This document shows, piece by piece, positions 37,727-47,049 of a stretch of 64,000 nt of DNA (within the stretch, counting starts at the first letter, position 1; every line of letters begins with the position of its first letter). The DNA comes from a virus (Duplodnaviria; Caudoviricetes), in IMG/VR virus record IMGVR_UViG_3300021431_000091, positions 41,457 to 105,456 of that record. One strand, 5' to 3'. The translations under genes were made by a program, and so were the position numbers. The notes below the pieces were generated by a model. The model was not told the DNA's origin. It saw only the letters and a list, made by a program, of their open reading frames with translations, and searched no databases.

Positions 37727-38782
37727 CTATACGTACCATGTTTGTTTCCACGGGTTAAGTTCCCTGTTAAAATCCTCAACAGCCCAGCCGGTATAAGGAT
37801 AGTTTTCCTTGTCGTCGATTCTCCTGGGTATCTGAGGATCCAGCCTGAACTTCTGGGCATCACGTAACCATTGGATAGAGTCGTTGTAGTCGTTGATGCG
37901 CACATTTGATATATTTGTCGGAGAGATAAGCTTGTGGAGCTCGTATATGGCCAGCCTGGTCATGTGCTTCACAAGGTTCACATTCCTGGGGTCGTCTCTC
38001 ACGATGTTTGTATGAACCTCAGGAGTCTCCCCGTTCACCTGCATTACTGGGTAGTAGACCTCATTACCAAAGACTACGTACTCATGGTCACTAACCTCAT
38101 ACTCATAGTCCTCAACGTAGTCGCCTATCATTCCCCAGTCGTCTGATTCGTAAGGGTTAACGCTCTTGTCCATTGTGGCTGGGTCCGCTGTCTCCAGAAG
38201 CATGAAGAACCTGCCGTCATACCTTACAACGTCATACACCTCATACTGGAGGTTTGCGTGCCATTCATAGGTATCCAGCTTCTTCCAGGCTACAACACCT
38301 GGGATCTGAATGTTGTTGAAGTCTATGCCGTTTCCGTTGACGCACTTCCAGACTGACTGGTTGAACTTGACCAGATCGCCCTTCTTCCAGGTAATCATCT
38401 GGGAATAGAACGGGATCTCGTCAAACTTAATGTCAGACATCTCAAAATCCATCAGCTCTTCCCAGTACACCTTGTCTGTTGGTCTCTTGAGGGCATTGAT
38501 ACTGGTAAGCGTCCTGTATATCTGCTCCCCATCACCAGCGTCATAGGTAATGTAGACATCGGGCGGGTAGGTTATCTGGTTGTTGTACGGTGCTATCTTC
38601 TTGCCAACCAGCAGCTCCTCTTCAATCATATAGTGCTGCTTAAGGTACTCTATGACTGAAAGCTCTGCTGACTGTTCTGCCTGGATGACGCGATCATGGC
38701 GTTCACGGGTAAGCTGGGACATCCCCACTTCGGTCATTGTGGAGAGGTAGTCCGAATCGTTTAGGAATCTGCGGTATGCCAT
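37727..38782 (-). CDS. Probable virion head-completion/adaptor-like protein
   Basis: 351 aa downstream of terminase; DPRN...RINDYNDSIQWL; function is inference. Confidence 0.55.
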   Translation of the reverse strand: MAYRRFLNDSDYLSTMTEVGMSQLTRERHDRVIQAEQSAELSVIEYLKQHYMIEEELLVGKKIAPYNNQITYPPDVYITYDAGDGEQIYRTLTSINALKRPTDKVYWEELMDFEMSDIKFDEIPFYSQMITWKKGDLVKFNQSVWKCVNGNGIDFNNIQIPGVVAWKKLDTYEWHANLQYEVYDVVRYDGRFFMLLETADPATMDKSVNPYESDDWGMIGDYVEDYEYEVSDHEYVVFGNEVYYPVMQVNGETPEVHTNIVRDDPRNVNLVKHMTRLAIYELHKLISPTNISNVRINDYNDSIQWLRDAQKFRLDPQIPRRIDDKENYPYTGWAVEDFNRELNPWKQTWYV

Positions 38783-38793
38783 ATTTGTTCTCT

Positions 38794-38809
38794 TTTATCT
38801 TAAATAGCC
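38794..38809 (-). promoter_or_regulatory. Candidate phage late promoter GGCTATTTAAGATAAA (copy 1)
   Basis: 16-bp identity with 42621-42636; both about 10 nt upstream of ATG. Confidence 0.5.
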
Positions 38810-38811
38810 AG

Positions 38812-40404
38812 TTAGTAGTCCCATTGGTTCGCTGTATCGTAGGCAGACACGGAATCTGGGACTGTTATGACAGCTGATCTTGTCTGAGACTTGAATTTGC
38901 TATACTGTTTACCAAGGTAATAGCACACTGCATAATCAAGGCAATCGCTTGCGTGTCCAAGTGTCTCACATTTCACTCCATCAATATATCCTGGATGCTT
39001 ATGCTTTGTTCCGTCCTCATTTTTCATTTGTTTTAGCAGATCGTCACAAAGCTTATGGCATCTATAATCAATCTGAATACTCCACCCATCCAGCTTTCCT
39101 TCAAAAAGGTAGTTTATAAAATCAAGCCTCGTAATATGAGAAGGCTGCTTATTCAAAAGCTGAACCTTTGGCCTGAGGATGTCGTTATTCATTGCATTCT
39201 TAAGTATGGTAAAATTGTTTGTGCCCTCTTCGGTTTGAGTTGACCTGGATAGTCCAGCTGGGTCACCAGTTATTAGAACGCCACCAAGATGACCACGCGC
39301 ACTAAGTGTTTCCGCAAGCATTTTACCCATAGCTGGCGCATTGTTTGTTTTTTCCTTTGGTTTTCCAAGTAATTCGTCAAGCACATAAAACACCTTAGCA
39401 TCATAATCTATTTGTATTAACAAGGCAACAAGGTATGGCGCAACATTGAAGTCAACTGAAACTATTATCGGCTTTAACTTATTGTAAATTCGTTCTCTAA
39501 GATTTTGTTTTACATGCGTTATAGAGCTGAACGAATGATATGCAGCGTTTTCATTTCCGTCTGGATCAGACCAAAGTCCATACAATAACCTGTTTCTTGT
39601 GTATGGGTCTGAAATGGACATAAGGTTATTAGCATAGGTTTGGACAAAAAGTGGGTCCGGATTGTCCCAGACTAATGCAGGAACAAACCTATAACCCTCT
39701 GGTAGCTCAGTTAATGGGTCTCCATTTTCATCTTGCACAAACGTTTCTCTAAGCCAGCATGTAGCTGGGTTTGTTCCCATAAGAATCTTTGGCACCAAGA
39801 ATGTTTCAGCAATCATCCAACGACAACGTGAAAGCAAAACCTCAACAGCTTTCTTCGACACTTCAGATGCCTCATCTATATATGCTGCCGTAATTTCATA
39901 CGATCCCAACCAAGAGAACTCTTTGTCGCTTGGCTTGTCCTCAAGACCAAAGCACAGTATTACTGAACCATTCCAGAAAGTAACGATTGACTCCACGTTA
40001 TTGAGGTGATAATGAACACCTTCTTGTAACCCAAATGATTTTAATATTCTCATAAGAGTTACCCATGTTGTTCCTTTCAAAACTTTTAACACCTTACGGG
40101 CAATTACAAACCTTGCTTCTGGGAATCTAAGACAGGTCATAACACCCCAAGCGCACCCCAGGTGACTCTTGCCCGCGCCACCCGCACCTCCAAATAATAT
40201 AAGCCTTGGAATGTCGGTAGTTGAACAATTTTTACAAAACGGCTTTTTAATTGGGTTTCCAGAACTATCAAAACCAATAGTACGCATCTCAAGCTCACCA
40301 CCGCACTTATCACAACGATTAGGCTCAAGCATTTGCATCACCAGGTATTGCCTATAACTTGGGTGGAAATCTATTTTTCCAGTGAACGGTTCTAATTTTT
40401 TCAT
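38812..40404 (-). CDS. terL: Terminase large subunit
   Basis: Walker A GGAGGAGKS, Walker B YIDEASE, GTNP, nuclease SVDFN and HASDCLDY. Confidence 0.92.
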   Translation of the reverse strand: MKKLEPFTGKIDFHPSYRQYLVMQMLEPNRCDKCGGELEMRTIGFDSSGNPIKKPFCKNCSTTDIPRLILFGGAGGAGKSHLGCAWGVMTCLRFPEARFVIARKVLKVLKGTTWVTLMRILKSFGLQEGVHYHLNNVESIVTFWNGSVILCFGLEDKPSDKEFSWLGSYEITAAYIDEASEVSKKAVEVLLSRCRWMIAETFLVPKILMGTNPATCWLRETFVQDENGDPLTELPEGYRFVPALVWDNPDPLFVQTYANNLMSISDPYTRNRLLYGLWSDPDGNENAAYHSFSSITHVKQNLRERIYNKLKPIIVSVDFNVAPYLVALLIQIDYDAKVFYVLDELLGKPKEKTNNAPAMGKMLAETLSARGHLGGVLITGDPAGLSRSTQTEEGTNNFTILKNAMNNDILRPKVQLLNKQPSHITRLDFINYLFEGKLDGWSIQIDYRCHKLCDDLLKQMKNEDGTKHKHPGYIDGVKCETLGHASDCLDYAVCYYLGKQYSKFKSQTRSAVITVPDSVSAYDTANQWDY

Positions 40405-40629
40405 TTGAATTTCTCCTTCAGTTCCACACAGTTCTACATTAAAAGCGGACGGGGAGAGTGTAGAACTGAGCCCTCCCCTACATTACGGACTCCGCTTCAT
40501 TGAATTCATAAGTAAATAGGGGGCCTGTAAAATACCCAGTTGAAACTTTAATCTCCATTAATCAAAAGTTCCCGACCCCTCACAGGCCAGGAACCTTCCC
40601 TTGAAAAATCTAATACCATGAAAAACTTA

Positions 40630-40968
40630 TCAACACTTTGTTACGTCAAGCTTGTCATACAGCAACATGACCACTATCCAGTATTCATCTGGGTGCTCCC
40701 CGTCCGAAAGTGCCTCGATTGCCTTGCGGACATACTGGCATTCCTGGTCAGTAAACTCAAACTCCTTCGGGTTGTCCATATCCTTCTTGGCATCCCATGT
40801 AACATTGCTCTCGTTCTCCTGCTTGAAGTCTACGAGTGCTTTGTCCTCATCAGTGATCTCAACCTTCTGGATAATACTCTTTTTCAGCTGGTACTCAATA
40901 AGTGAGTTTTGCTGCGGAAGGACGTTCATCAGATACAGTCTTTCCTTGATCAGTAACTTTGTTTTCAT
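40630..40968 (-). CDS. Hypothetical protein
   Basis: 112-aa ORF. Confidence 0.75.
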   Translation of the reverse strand: MKTKLLIKERLYLMNVLPQQNSLIEYQLKKSIIQKVEITDEDKALVDFKQENESNVTWDAKKDMDNPKEFEFTDQECQYVRKAIEALSDGEHPDEYWIVVMLLYDKLDVTKC

Positions 40969-41024
40969 TCTCGTTTGGTTTTATTGGATTATTATATACT
41001 TTCTTGAGTTTCCCAGGAACCTGG

Positions 41025-41543
41025 CTACCCAAGCTTTTTAAGAATTCCAGCGATTTTCTTCCTTGCTCCATAAAGTATCCCAAGTATTACCGCAAGAACG
41101 AAACCGATAGCCACATACCCAGCCTTGTCCTTCAGGGATGGCTGCACGTAAACGGTTTCCTTCCTGCTTTTGTCCTTATTGTGGCTTTCCGCTTTTTCCT
41201 TTATCTTGACCGTATCCGTATGATGGATAATCTTAGTCAACTGAGCCCCTGGGATGCTGTTAAGTGAGTGATGCAGGAACTGACCATCCCAGTATGCATC
41301 TGACTCATAAAGACCATCCTGGATGTGTGATGCCGTGTCCTTTGTGACAACAGACTGGGATGATGCAGGAACCTCTATCTTAACAGTATCAGGCCTTACA
41401 TAAACCAGCACACTATCAACTGTCCTTACGGTATCAGTCTGGATAACCGTATTCTCGACCACTCGCGGGGAACAGCACCCTCCAAACAGTGCTGCCCCCA
41501 ACAACATTATCATTGATATGGTCGCCAAAAGAAGTTTTCTCAT
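41025..41543 (-). CDS. Lipoprotein with C-terminal TM (unimolecular-spanin-like architecture)
   Basis: Signal peptide ending LFGG-C; beta-rich middle; C-terminal TM AGYVAIGFVLAVILGILYG. Confidence 0.6.
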   Translation of the reverse strand: MRKLLLATISMIMLLGAALFGGCCSPRVVENTVIQTDTVRTVDSVLVYVRPDTVKIEVPASSQSVVTKDTASHIQDGLYESDAYWDGQFLHHSLNSIPGAQLTKIIHHTDTVKIKEKAESHNKDKSRKETVYVQPSLKDKAGYVAIGFVLAVILGILYGARKKIAGILKKLG

Positions 41544-41815
41544 ATTATAAAGTCTCCAAATTCTTCTTCAACAGTCTTTGCATTCAGGTCTCTCAGTGCC
41601 AGTATTGGGAAGAACCATTCCTCTCCGGCAAACTCCCCGCCAACTATCCTTACCCAGGCACCACTGTTCCTTTTCTTTCTTTTTACGAGGGAAACCACCA
41701 TTCCCTCCATGCCTATGAACCCGTCCAGCCTCATGTCGTGAAGCTCACTGGAAGCCTCTATGATAACATGGGCCTTCTCCTTTATTTTCTGGTGTGGGTC
41801 ATAGTTGTATATCAC
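41540..41815 (-). CDS. Hypothetical protein
   Basis: 91 aa, coupled. Confidence 0.7.
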   Translation of the reverse strand: MIYNYDPHQKIKEKAHVIIEASSELHDMRLDGFIGMEGMVVSLVKRKKRNSGAWVRIVGGEFAGEEWFFPILALRDLNAKTVEEEFGDFII

Positions 41816-42057
41816 TGGTTGTTCTTGTGTTCTATTTCGAATTGGGCATCCAGCTTTGTAACCTTGTTCTGGATGTCGATAATCTTCTCCATCATCTTAT
41901 CCATGTCGGCATCATTCTTGGTCTGAGCCTTGACATAGTTATCAACCTGTACCTCCAACACCGCAATACGGTTGTTGATCTGAATCCAAGCTCCTAAAAA
42001 GGCGATTGCAACCGTAAAGAGAGCTCCAATAAACGTGTTCCTAAGTGTCTTGTCCAT
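41812..42057 (-). CDS. TM plus coiled-coil small protein (holin-like candidate)
   Basis: N-terminal TM followed by coiled coil. Confidence 0.55.
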   Translation of the reverse strand: MDKTLRNTFIGALFTVAIAFLGAWIQINNRIAVLEVQVDNYVKAQTKNDADMDKMMEKIIDIQNKVTKLDAQFEIEHKNNQ

Positions 42058-42062
42058 TTTTA

Positions 42063-42611
42063 TTATTTGTCATTATCGTTTTTTACTGACTCTTCCAGGG
42101 CAAGCTGTTCCTTGGTCTTTACAGGTTTGTCGGGAACAATGACGTTAAAGGTTAATCCACCCTTGTTCTTGTCACCATCTTCCCCAGCTTCCACCTCTTT
42201 CTTGATGGCAGGCGTAATGTCAATGAGCGTCTTGATGGAATTGTTGGCCACAGAGCGCATAGCGGCAGGGGAAAGCTTGTTGCCTCTCCTGTCAGTAAAT
42301 TGCGCTTCAGAACACTCATCGATTATTTTGAGAAGTGTAGATCTCAGACGGATTTTAAGGAGCTCTGTTTCCTGATCATCCTCAGAAGCCTTCTGAAGCT
42401 CCTGGATATATCCTTTGATATTCTCATCAGAAAGCAGTTCCTTTACATAATGGCATATAAATGGATCATCAGCTGGGACACCCTCTTTCTTACCCACAGT
42501 CTCAATGTAGCACTGGGTGGGGTTTCCAGCGAATTTTGGGCTTCCTTCCACAAGTAAGATGCAGAAGTCTTGCTCGCATTCCCTCAGGCTATTATAATAT
42601 TTGCTTGCCAT
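42063..42611 (-). CDS. Hypothetical, possible terminase small subunit
   Basis: N-terminal EQDFC...GNPTQCY helix pattern; upstream of terL region. Confidence 0.45.
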   Translation of the reverse strand: MASKYYNSLRECEQDFCILLVEGSPKFAGNPTQCYIETVGKKEGVPADDPFICHYVKELLSDENIKGYIQELQKASEDDQETELLKIRLRSTLLKIIDECSEAQFTDRRGNKLSPAAMRSVANNSIKTLIDITPAIKKEVEAGEDGDKNKGGLTFNVIVPDKPVKTKEQLALEESVKNDNDK

Positions 42612-42620
42612 ATTCTTTTC

Positions 42621-42636
42621 TTTATCTTAAATAGCC
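42621..42636 (-). promoter_or_regulatory. Candidate phage late promoter (copy 2)
   Basis: Identical 16-mer to 38794-38809. Confidence 0.5.
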
Positions 42637-42659
42637 TATTTGGAAGGATTCAGGGTGAT

Positions 42660-43070
42660 TCATTTCTTGTCATCACCCAGAATCTGATCCATGATTGCAT
42701 TATAGAACATCTTTTTCAGCCCCTCAGCGCATTGTTCAACGTCTGCTGCACTGGTAATTGCCTCCCTGTTGAACTTAATCTGGAGGGCATAACCGCTTAT
42801 AATGCACAGCACCTTCCCAGTCGGCTGATCGATAACCTGGAACACCGATAAGTCGGAAAGTCTCTTAAAGGTCTCAGTCGGCTCATTGGGCAACCCAGAA
42901 GCGTCAGAGGCAAGCTTTACATGGGTGGTCTTGTTTATGATGTCCACTGCATCCTTAATCTCATCAGCATTAACCTTACCGGCTTCTGCCATATCCTTAA
43001 CCTTCTCCTCTGTTTCAGAAGGAGCTGGGACAAACGTCCCAGTCTTTTTATCCAACACAAAATTTCCCAT
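42660..43070 (-). CDS. Hypothetical protein
   Basis: 136-aa ORF. Confidence 0.75.
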   Translation of the reverse strand: MGNFVLDKKTGTFVPAPSETEEKVKDMAEAGKVNADEIKDAVDIINKTTHVKLASDASGLPNEPTETFKRLSDLSVFQVIDQPTGKVLCIISGYALQIKFNREAITSAADVEQCAEGLKKMFYNAIMDQILGDDKK

Positions 43071-43073
43071 ATC

Positions 43074-43868
43074 CTAAATCTTGAAATGTTCTCTTTTCTT
43101 TTCCTTCTTGTTCTCGACCAGGCCTGAACCGCCTTCATCACCGCCACCGCTTGCATTACGCATCCTTATAGTAAAGGTGCGGACAATCTCCTCGGTGGCC
43201 GTAACATCAGCATCAGCATCGTGGGCATCGTCCAGCTCAATACCAAGCTTCTCAGCAAGTGTCCCCAGCTTATAGTTGGTAAGTCCGGCATTGCAAAGGC
43301 CCATATATGCCAGGGTAAGTGTGTCCAGGATCAAAGGCTGGAACTCTCCGTGAAAGTCCTCGTTGCCCTTTACGCACTTGCAGAACTCCTTCCAGAGACC
43401 AGCGTACTCCAAAAGCTGCTGTATCATACCTATATCATAAAGGATGTTCTGACCAACAATGAAAGGCTGTCCGTCCCTTGCGCTGGAAATCCTTGCCTTT
43501 TTGCAGAAGTCAACTATCATCTGGGCAGCTTCCTCATAGGGCACACCGTTCTCTCTCAGAAAATCCAGTGTCAGACCATGAACCTTGAATGCGGCATCTG
43601 AATAGGTCATCAGTTCCTCAGCAGCCTCCTTCTCATCCTCAATCTCATACTTGGTCTTGAGCTTCTTTTTCTTGGGCTTGCCAATGTCTGTTTTTCTGTT
43701 ATATGGCTGAATGAAGATATTGATTGAGTCAAACCTCTCAAATGTGTCCAGCCTTACCGCATGGATACTCACGGAACAAACCGCGCATTCCTTATTATTC
43801 AAACCTCCAGTCTCGGTATCAAGAACCAGCATTACCGGAACCAAACTTGTTTCTTTAGGTGCTGCCAT
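43074..43868 (-). CDS. DnaQ-like 3'-5' exonuclease (DEDDh)
   Basis: VLDTETGG, QNILYD, HDADADV. Confidence 0.9.
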   Translation of the reverse strand: MAAPKETSLVPVMLVLDTETGGLNNKECAVCSVSIHAVRLDTFERFDSINIFIQPYNRKTDIGKPKKKKLKTKYEIEDEKEAAEELMTYSDAAFKVHGLTLDFLRENGVPYEEAAQMIVDFCKKARISSARDGQPFIVGQNILYDIGMIQQLLEYAGLWKEFCKCVKGNEDFHGEFQPLILDTLTLAYMGLCNAGLTNYKLGTLAEKLGIELDDAHDADADVTATEEIVRTFTIRMRNASGGGDEGGSGLVENKKEKKREHFKI

Positions 43869-43871
43869 AAT

Positions 43872-44720
43872 TTATTTCTCCATAATTTGTGCTAATGCGA
43901 TTGATAACTCTTTTTTAATATGCGTCCTGGGGCCGCTGTTATTGATTTTCCTGAAGGGCCTGAAGGTAAGTTCTGGAAGCTCCTGGAATCTCATATAGTC
44001 TTGAATTATTCGCTTCAGGCTAACCTTCCTTTTTCTCCTTGCACCCTCTGAAGCTGTTATCTTGATGGGGTACAGTCTTAAATTTGGGTTCTTCTGCATC
44101 ATCATAATTCCCAGCTCATCCACAACATAGACATTGATACCAGGAACAAAATCCTCCTCAGTCGCCCAGTATTCATAGCCTCCATACTGGGTGTATGTCA
44201 CCAGCCCCTCCTTAGGTGCCGGACCTTTTACAAACTTGTGGTCAACATCATGTACCTCACCAGGTCTCATAGGCCTTGTGGTGCTGGAACATACGATATG
44301 GATGCCCCAGTGGTCATGAAGGAAATTGGCTGCGAAAGACTTGCCACAACCGGATCTCCCGTAAATGCAGATAACTTTCTTTCTCTTATCCATAGCTTTT
44401 TTCTGTTCTTTGATTTTTCTTCTACGTTCACGCTGGTAGGCATTGATCCTGTCCCTTTCGAAATAGTAAGGATGCATATACCTCCTGCCTTTGTTTCTCT
44501 CCTCATAGGACTGCTTTATCTTACGTTTCCGTTCTGGATTGGCAAGGTCCCATTTCTTAGCATTACGGTCAAAGGTCTCCTTGTATTGAAGGTAGATCTT
44601 CTCGTTATGCTCTTTCTTGCGTTCCTGGTCCTCATCAACTCGGACAACGCCCCACTCATCAGAAATCCCAGACTCCATTTTCCCTGTCATTTTGGATTTT
44701 CTCGGCTTTCTTCCTGGCAT
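43872..44720 (-). CDS. Guanylate kinase-like protein with basic N-terminal extension (kinase domain from ATG 44393)
   Basis: GRSGCGKS, TTRPMRPGEVHDVDH, YGGYEY. Confidence 0.8.
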   Translation of the reverse strand: MPGRKPRKSKMTGKMESGISDEWGVVRVDEDQERKKEHNEKIYLQYKETFDRNAKKWDLANPERKRKIKQSYEERNKGRRYMHPYYFERDRINAYQRERRRKIKEQKKAMDKRKKVICIYGRSGCGKSFAANFLHDHWGIHIVCSSTTRPMRPGEVHDVDHKFVKGPAPKEGLVTYTQYGGYEYWATEEDFVPGINVYVVDELGIMMMQKNPNLRLYPIKITASEGARRKRKVSLKRIIQDYMRFQELPELTFRPFRKINNSGPRTHIKKELSIALAQIMEK

Positions 44721-44859
44721 AAACCTCTCTGGCCTTAGCCTTCACCTTCTCACTATTTGCAGCGTAATACTGTCTCCTACGCTCCTTCTCGTCCTCTCGG
44801 TGGTCCCGATAATAGAGGCGATTGTACTCCTTAATTTTACTCTTCTCTTTGTACGGCAT
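44659..44859 (-). CDS. Small basic helical protein
   Basis: R/K/Y-rich 66 aa. Confidence 0.55.
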   Translation of the reverse strand: MPYKEKSKIKEYNRLYYRDHREDEKERRRQYYAANSEKVKAKAREVYARKKAEKIQNDRENGVWDF

Positions 44860-44871
44860 AACTATAAATAT

Positions 44872-47046
44872 TTAAATGTTCATAATAAATGCGCCCTTAT
44901 TGATCTGTATGACATTCTGCTCATCATAGTCGCTCCACTTAATAACGCCCTGGAAAATCACTATCCTGTCCTTCTTCTGCCAGAAATAATCCTTAGCACC
45001 TATCCAGGCATCGTTCCAAATAGTAAGCTGACCAGTATCGATATTCTGCTGGAGGGTGACCTTTCCGTAATGCTTTGTCTCACCGGTGCTCTTGTCCTTA
45101 TACTTATGCTCAGTGCATTCCAGGATAGTGGCACATATAGCAACACGCAGCTTGTCATTCCCAGGTTCCTGGAGATCTTCCAGTCTGAAATACCTTACGC
45201 TGTTCAATGAGGTTGGTTTTGTAGCATTCCTATAGATTCTCTCATAATCAATAGCTCCAAAACCAGTAAGTGCTATCTGCTTCTGACCCCAGAACCAATG
45301 CTTGTCGCGCAAATCCTCAGGAATCAATTTCTCATCAATCTTGAATCCCAACAACTCAGCAGCCTGCGCCATCAAACCATACCTTTCAGTAATAGAGCCT
45401 ACATTCATCAGCTTGTCAAAGGCACCAGCCAGTATGAGGTTCTTTACCGTCAGGGCTGTAACTGGGCACTTCCTGAACTCATCGTCGTTATCAATGTCGT
45501 CCCAGTCCTTATATTTCTTGAACTTGTTACGGAAAATACGCTTGATAAAGTCCTCCAGGCTTGTAAATTCCCCATGCCTGTTGCGCTCTGCCACAATGAA
45601 ATCAACAGCCTTAAGACCAACCTGCTTGATACGAAGAATTGACCAGTAGATTTCGTTGGTCTTGTAATTCGAAACAAAGTCATCACCAGAAACATTGATG
45701 TCAGGCTGTGTAATCGTAATATTGTTCAGCTCACGGATTTCCTGTAGGATTGAGGTCATCTTGGCATCCTTACCCCACTTAAGCAGAACAGTGTAGAAAG
45801 CCACTGGGTAGAGGGCTTTGATATAGGCTCCAATATAAGCGGTTATACCATACGCCGTCGCATGACTTTTGTTAAAACCATAGGTAGCACCACCTTCAAT
45901 AATGCCCCAAACTCTATCTCTAACCTCATCTGGACAGCCATTCTTAGAGGCTCCGGAGTAGAACTTATCTTTGAATTTGCGAATCTTCTCAACCTTCTTT
46001 TTTGAGATAGCCTTCACCAGGTTTACACCGTCACCAAGGCTAAGACCACCAATCTTACGTGCCAAAGCTGCATACTGTTCCTGGTAGGCTGCAACTGCAT
46101 AGGTGTCCTTAAGAATATCATAAGTTCCCCAAAGGTATTCGGGATCAACAACACCTTCCTTAGCATCCACATACATCTTAGCTGCTCCAGAATCCAAAGT
46201 TGCAGGACGGAAAAGCGCGTTAGCTGCAATAATGTCGTTGATTGACTCTGGATGCATACTCTTAATGTACCTGGTCATGCCATCAGAGGAAAGCTGGAAA
46301 ATGCCCTGTGTTAAACCCTTCCTGATAATCTCATACACCTTAGGCTCATCAAGCGCACTTGTGGCTATGCTTTCAATGCTCAGGTTGGTTCCGTATTCCT
46401 TATTGCATATCTGAATCATAGTATCAAGCCTGGAGAGCTCAGCAATACCCAGCAGGTCGTTCTTAAGCAATCCAAGTTCATCAAGCTCAGTACCGCTAAG
46501 TTCAGACACAAGCAGGCCGTTCATTTTCTTGATGGGGATGATGTCAAAGCACTCAACATCTTCACCTTTAATAATGTCTGGAGTAACAACAACTGCTGAA
46601 GCGTGAATACCTTCAGAACGAGGCTGAAACATAATAGGCCTTATTTCCTCAAACACGTCTGGGTGCTTCTGAATAAAATCCCTGACCTTCTTCTCCTTTG
46701 CGGCCAACAGCATCAACTCAGTCCAGTCACCAGCGTTATCGTCAATGATAGCTGTTATGTAGTTGGCCATATTCACAGATACCCTATGAACACGGCACAC
46801 ATCCTTAATCACGGACTTAACCTGGAGTGTCGTAAATGTTCCGGCAGAGAAAACACGCTGCTTTCCATTATGGTTATATCGCCTCTCCAGGTACGCCTTA
46901 ACATCGTCTCGTTTTGTAGAGTCGAAGTCGGTATCGATGTCAGGCAAACTTCCGTGATGCAATTTTCTGTAACCACTATCTACAAAGCAATCAAGGACGT
47001 TTTTGGACTTTTTGTTGTCAATTTTTCTGATACTTTTTATTTTCAT
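44872..47046 (-). CDS. dnaE: DNA polymerase III alpha, C-terminal half (starts with intein-C-like segment)
   Basis: SLPDIDTDF, GIHASAVV, GLLKNDLLG, FNKSHATAY, C-terminal OB fold. Confidence 0.93.
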   Translation of the reverse strand: MKIKSIRKIDNKKSKNVLDCFVDSGYRKLHHGSLPDIDTDFDSTKRDDVKAYLERRYNHNGKQRVFSAGTFTTLQVKSVIKDVCRVHRVSVNMANYITAIIDDNAGDWTELMLLAAKEKKVRDFIQKHPDVFEEIRPIMFQPRSEGIHASAVVVTPDIIKGEDVECFDIIPIKKMNGLLVSELSGTELDELGLLKNDLLGIAELSRLDTMIQICNKEYGTNLSIESIATSALDEPKVYEIIRKGLTQGIFQLSSDGMTRYIKSMHPESINDIIAANALFRPATLDSGAAKMYVDAKEGVVDPEYLWGTYDILKDTYAVAAYQEQYAALARKIGGLSLGDGVNLVKAISKKKVEKIRKFKDKFYSGASKNGCPDEVRDRVWGIIEGGATYGFNKSHATAYGITAYIGAYIKALYPVAFYTVLLKWGKDAKMTSILQEIRELNNITITQPDINVSGDDFVSNYKTNEIYWSILRIKQVGLKAVDFIVAERNRHGEFTSLEDFIKRIFRNKFKKYKDWDDIDNDDEFRKCPVTALTVKNLILAGAFDKLMNVGSITERYGLMAQAAELLGFKIDEKLIPEDLRDKHWFWGQKQIALTGFGAIDYERIYRNATKPTSLNSVRYFRLEDLQEPGNDKLRVAICATILECTEHKYKDKSTGETKHYGKVTLQQNIDTGQLTIWNDAWIGAKDYFWQKKDRIVIFQGVIKWSDYDEQNVIQINKGAFIMNI

Positions 47047-47049
47047 AGC

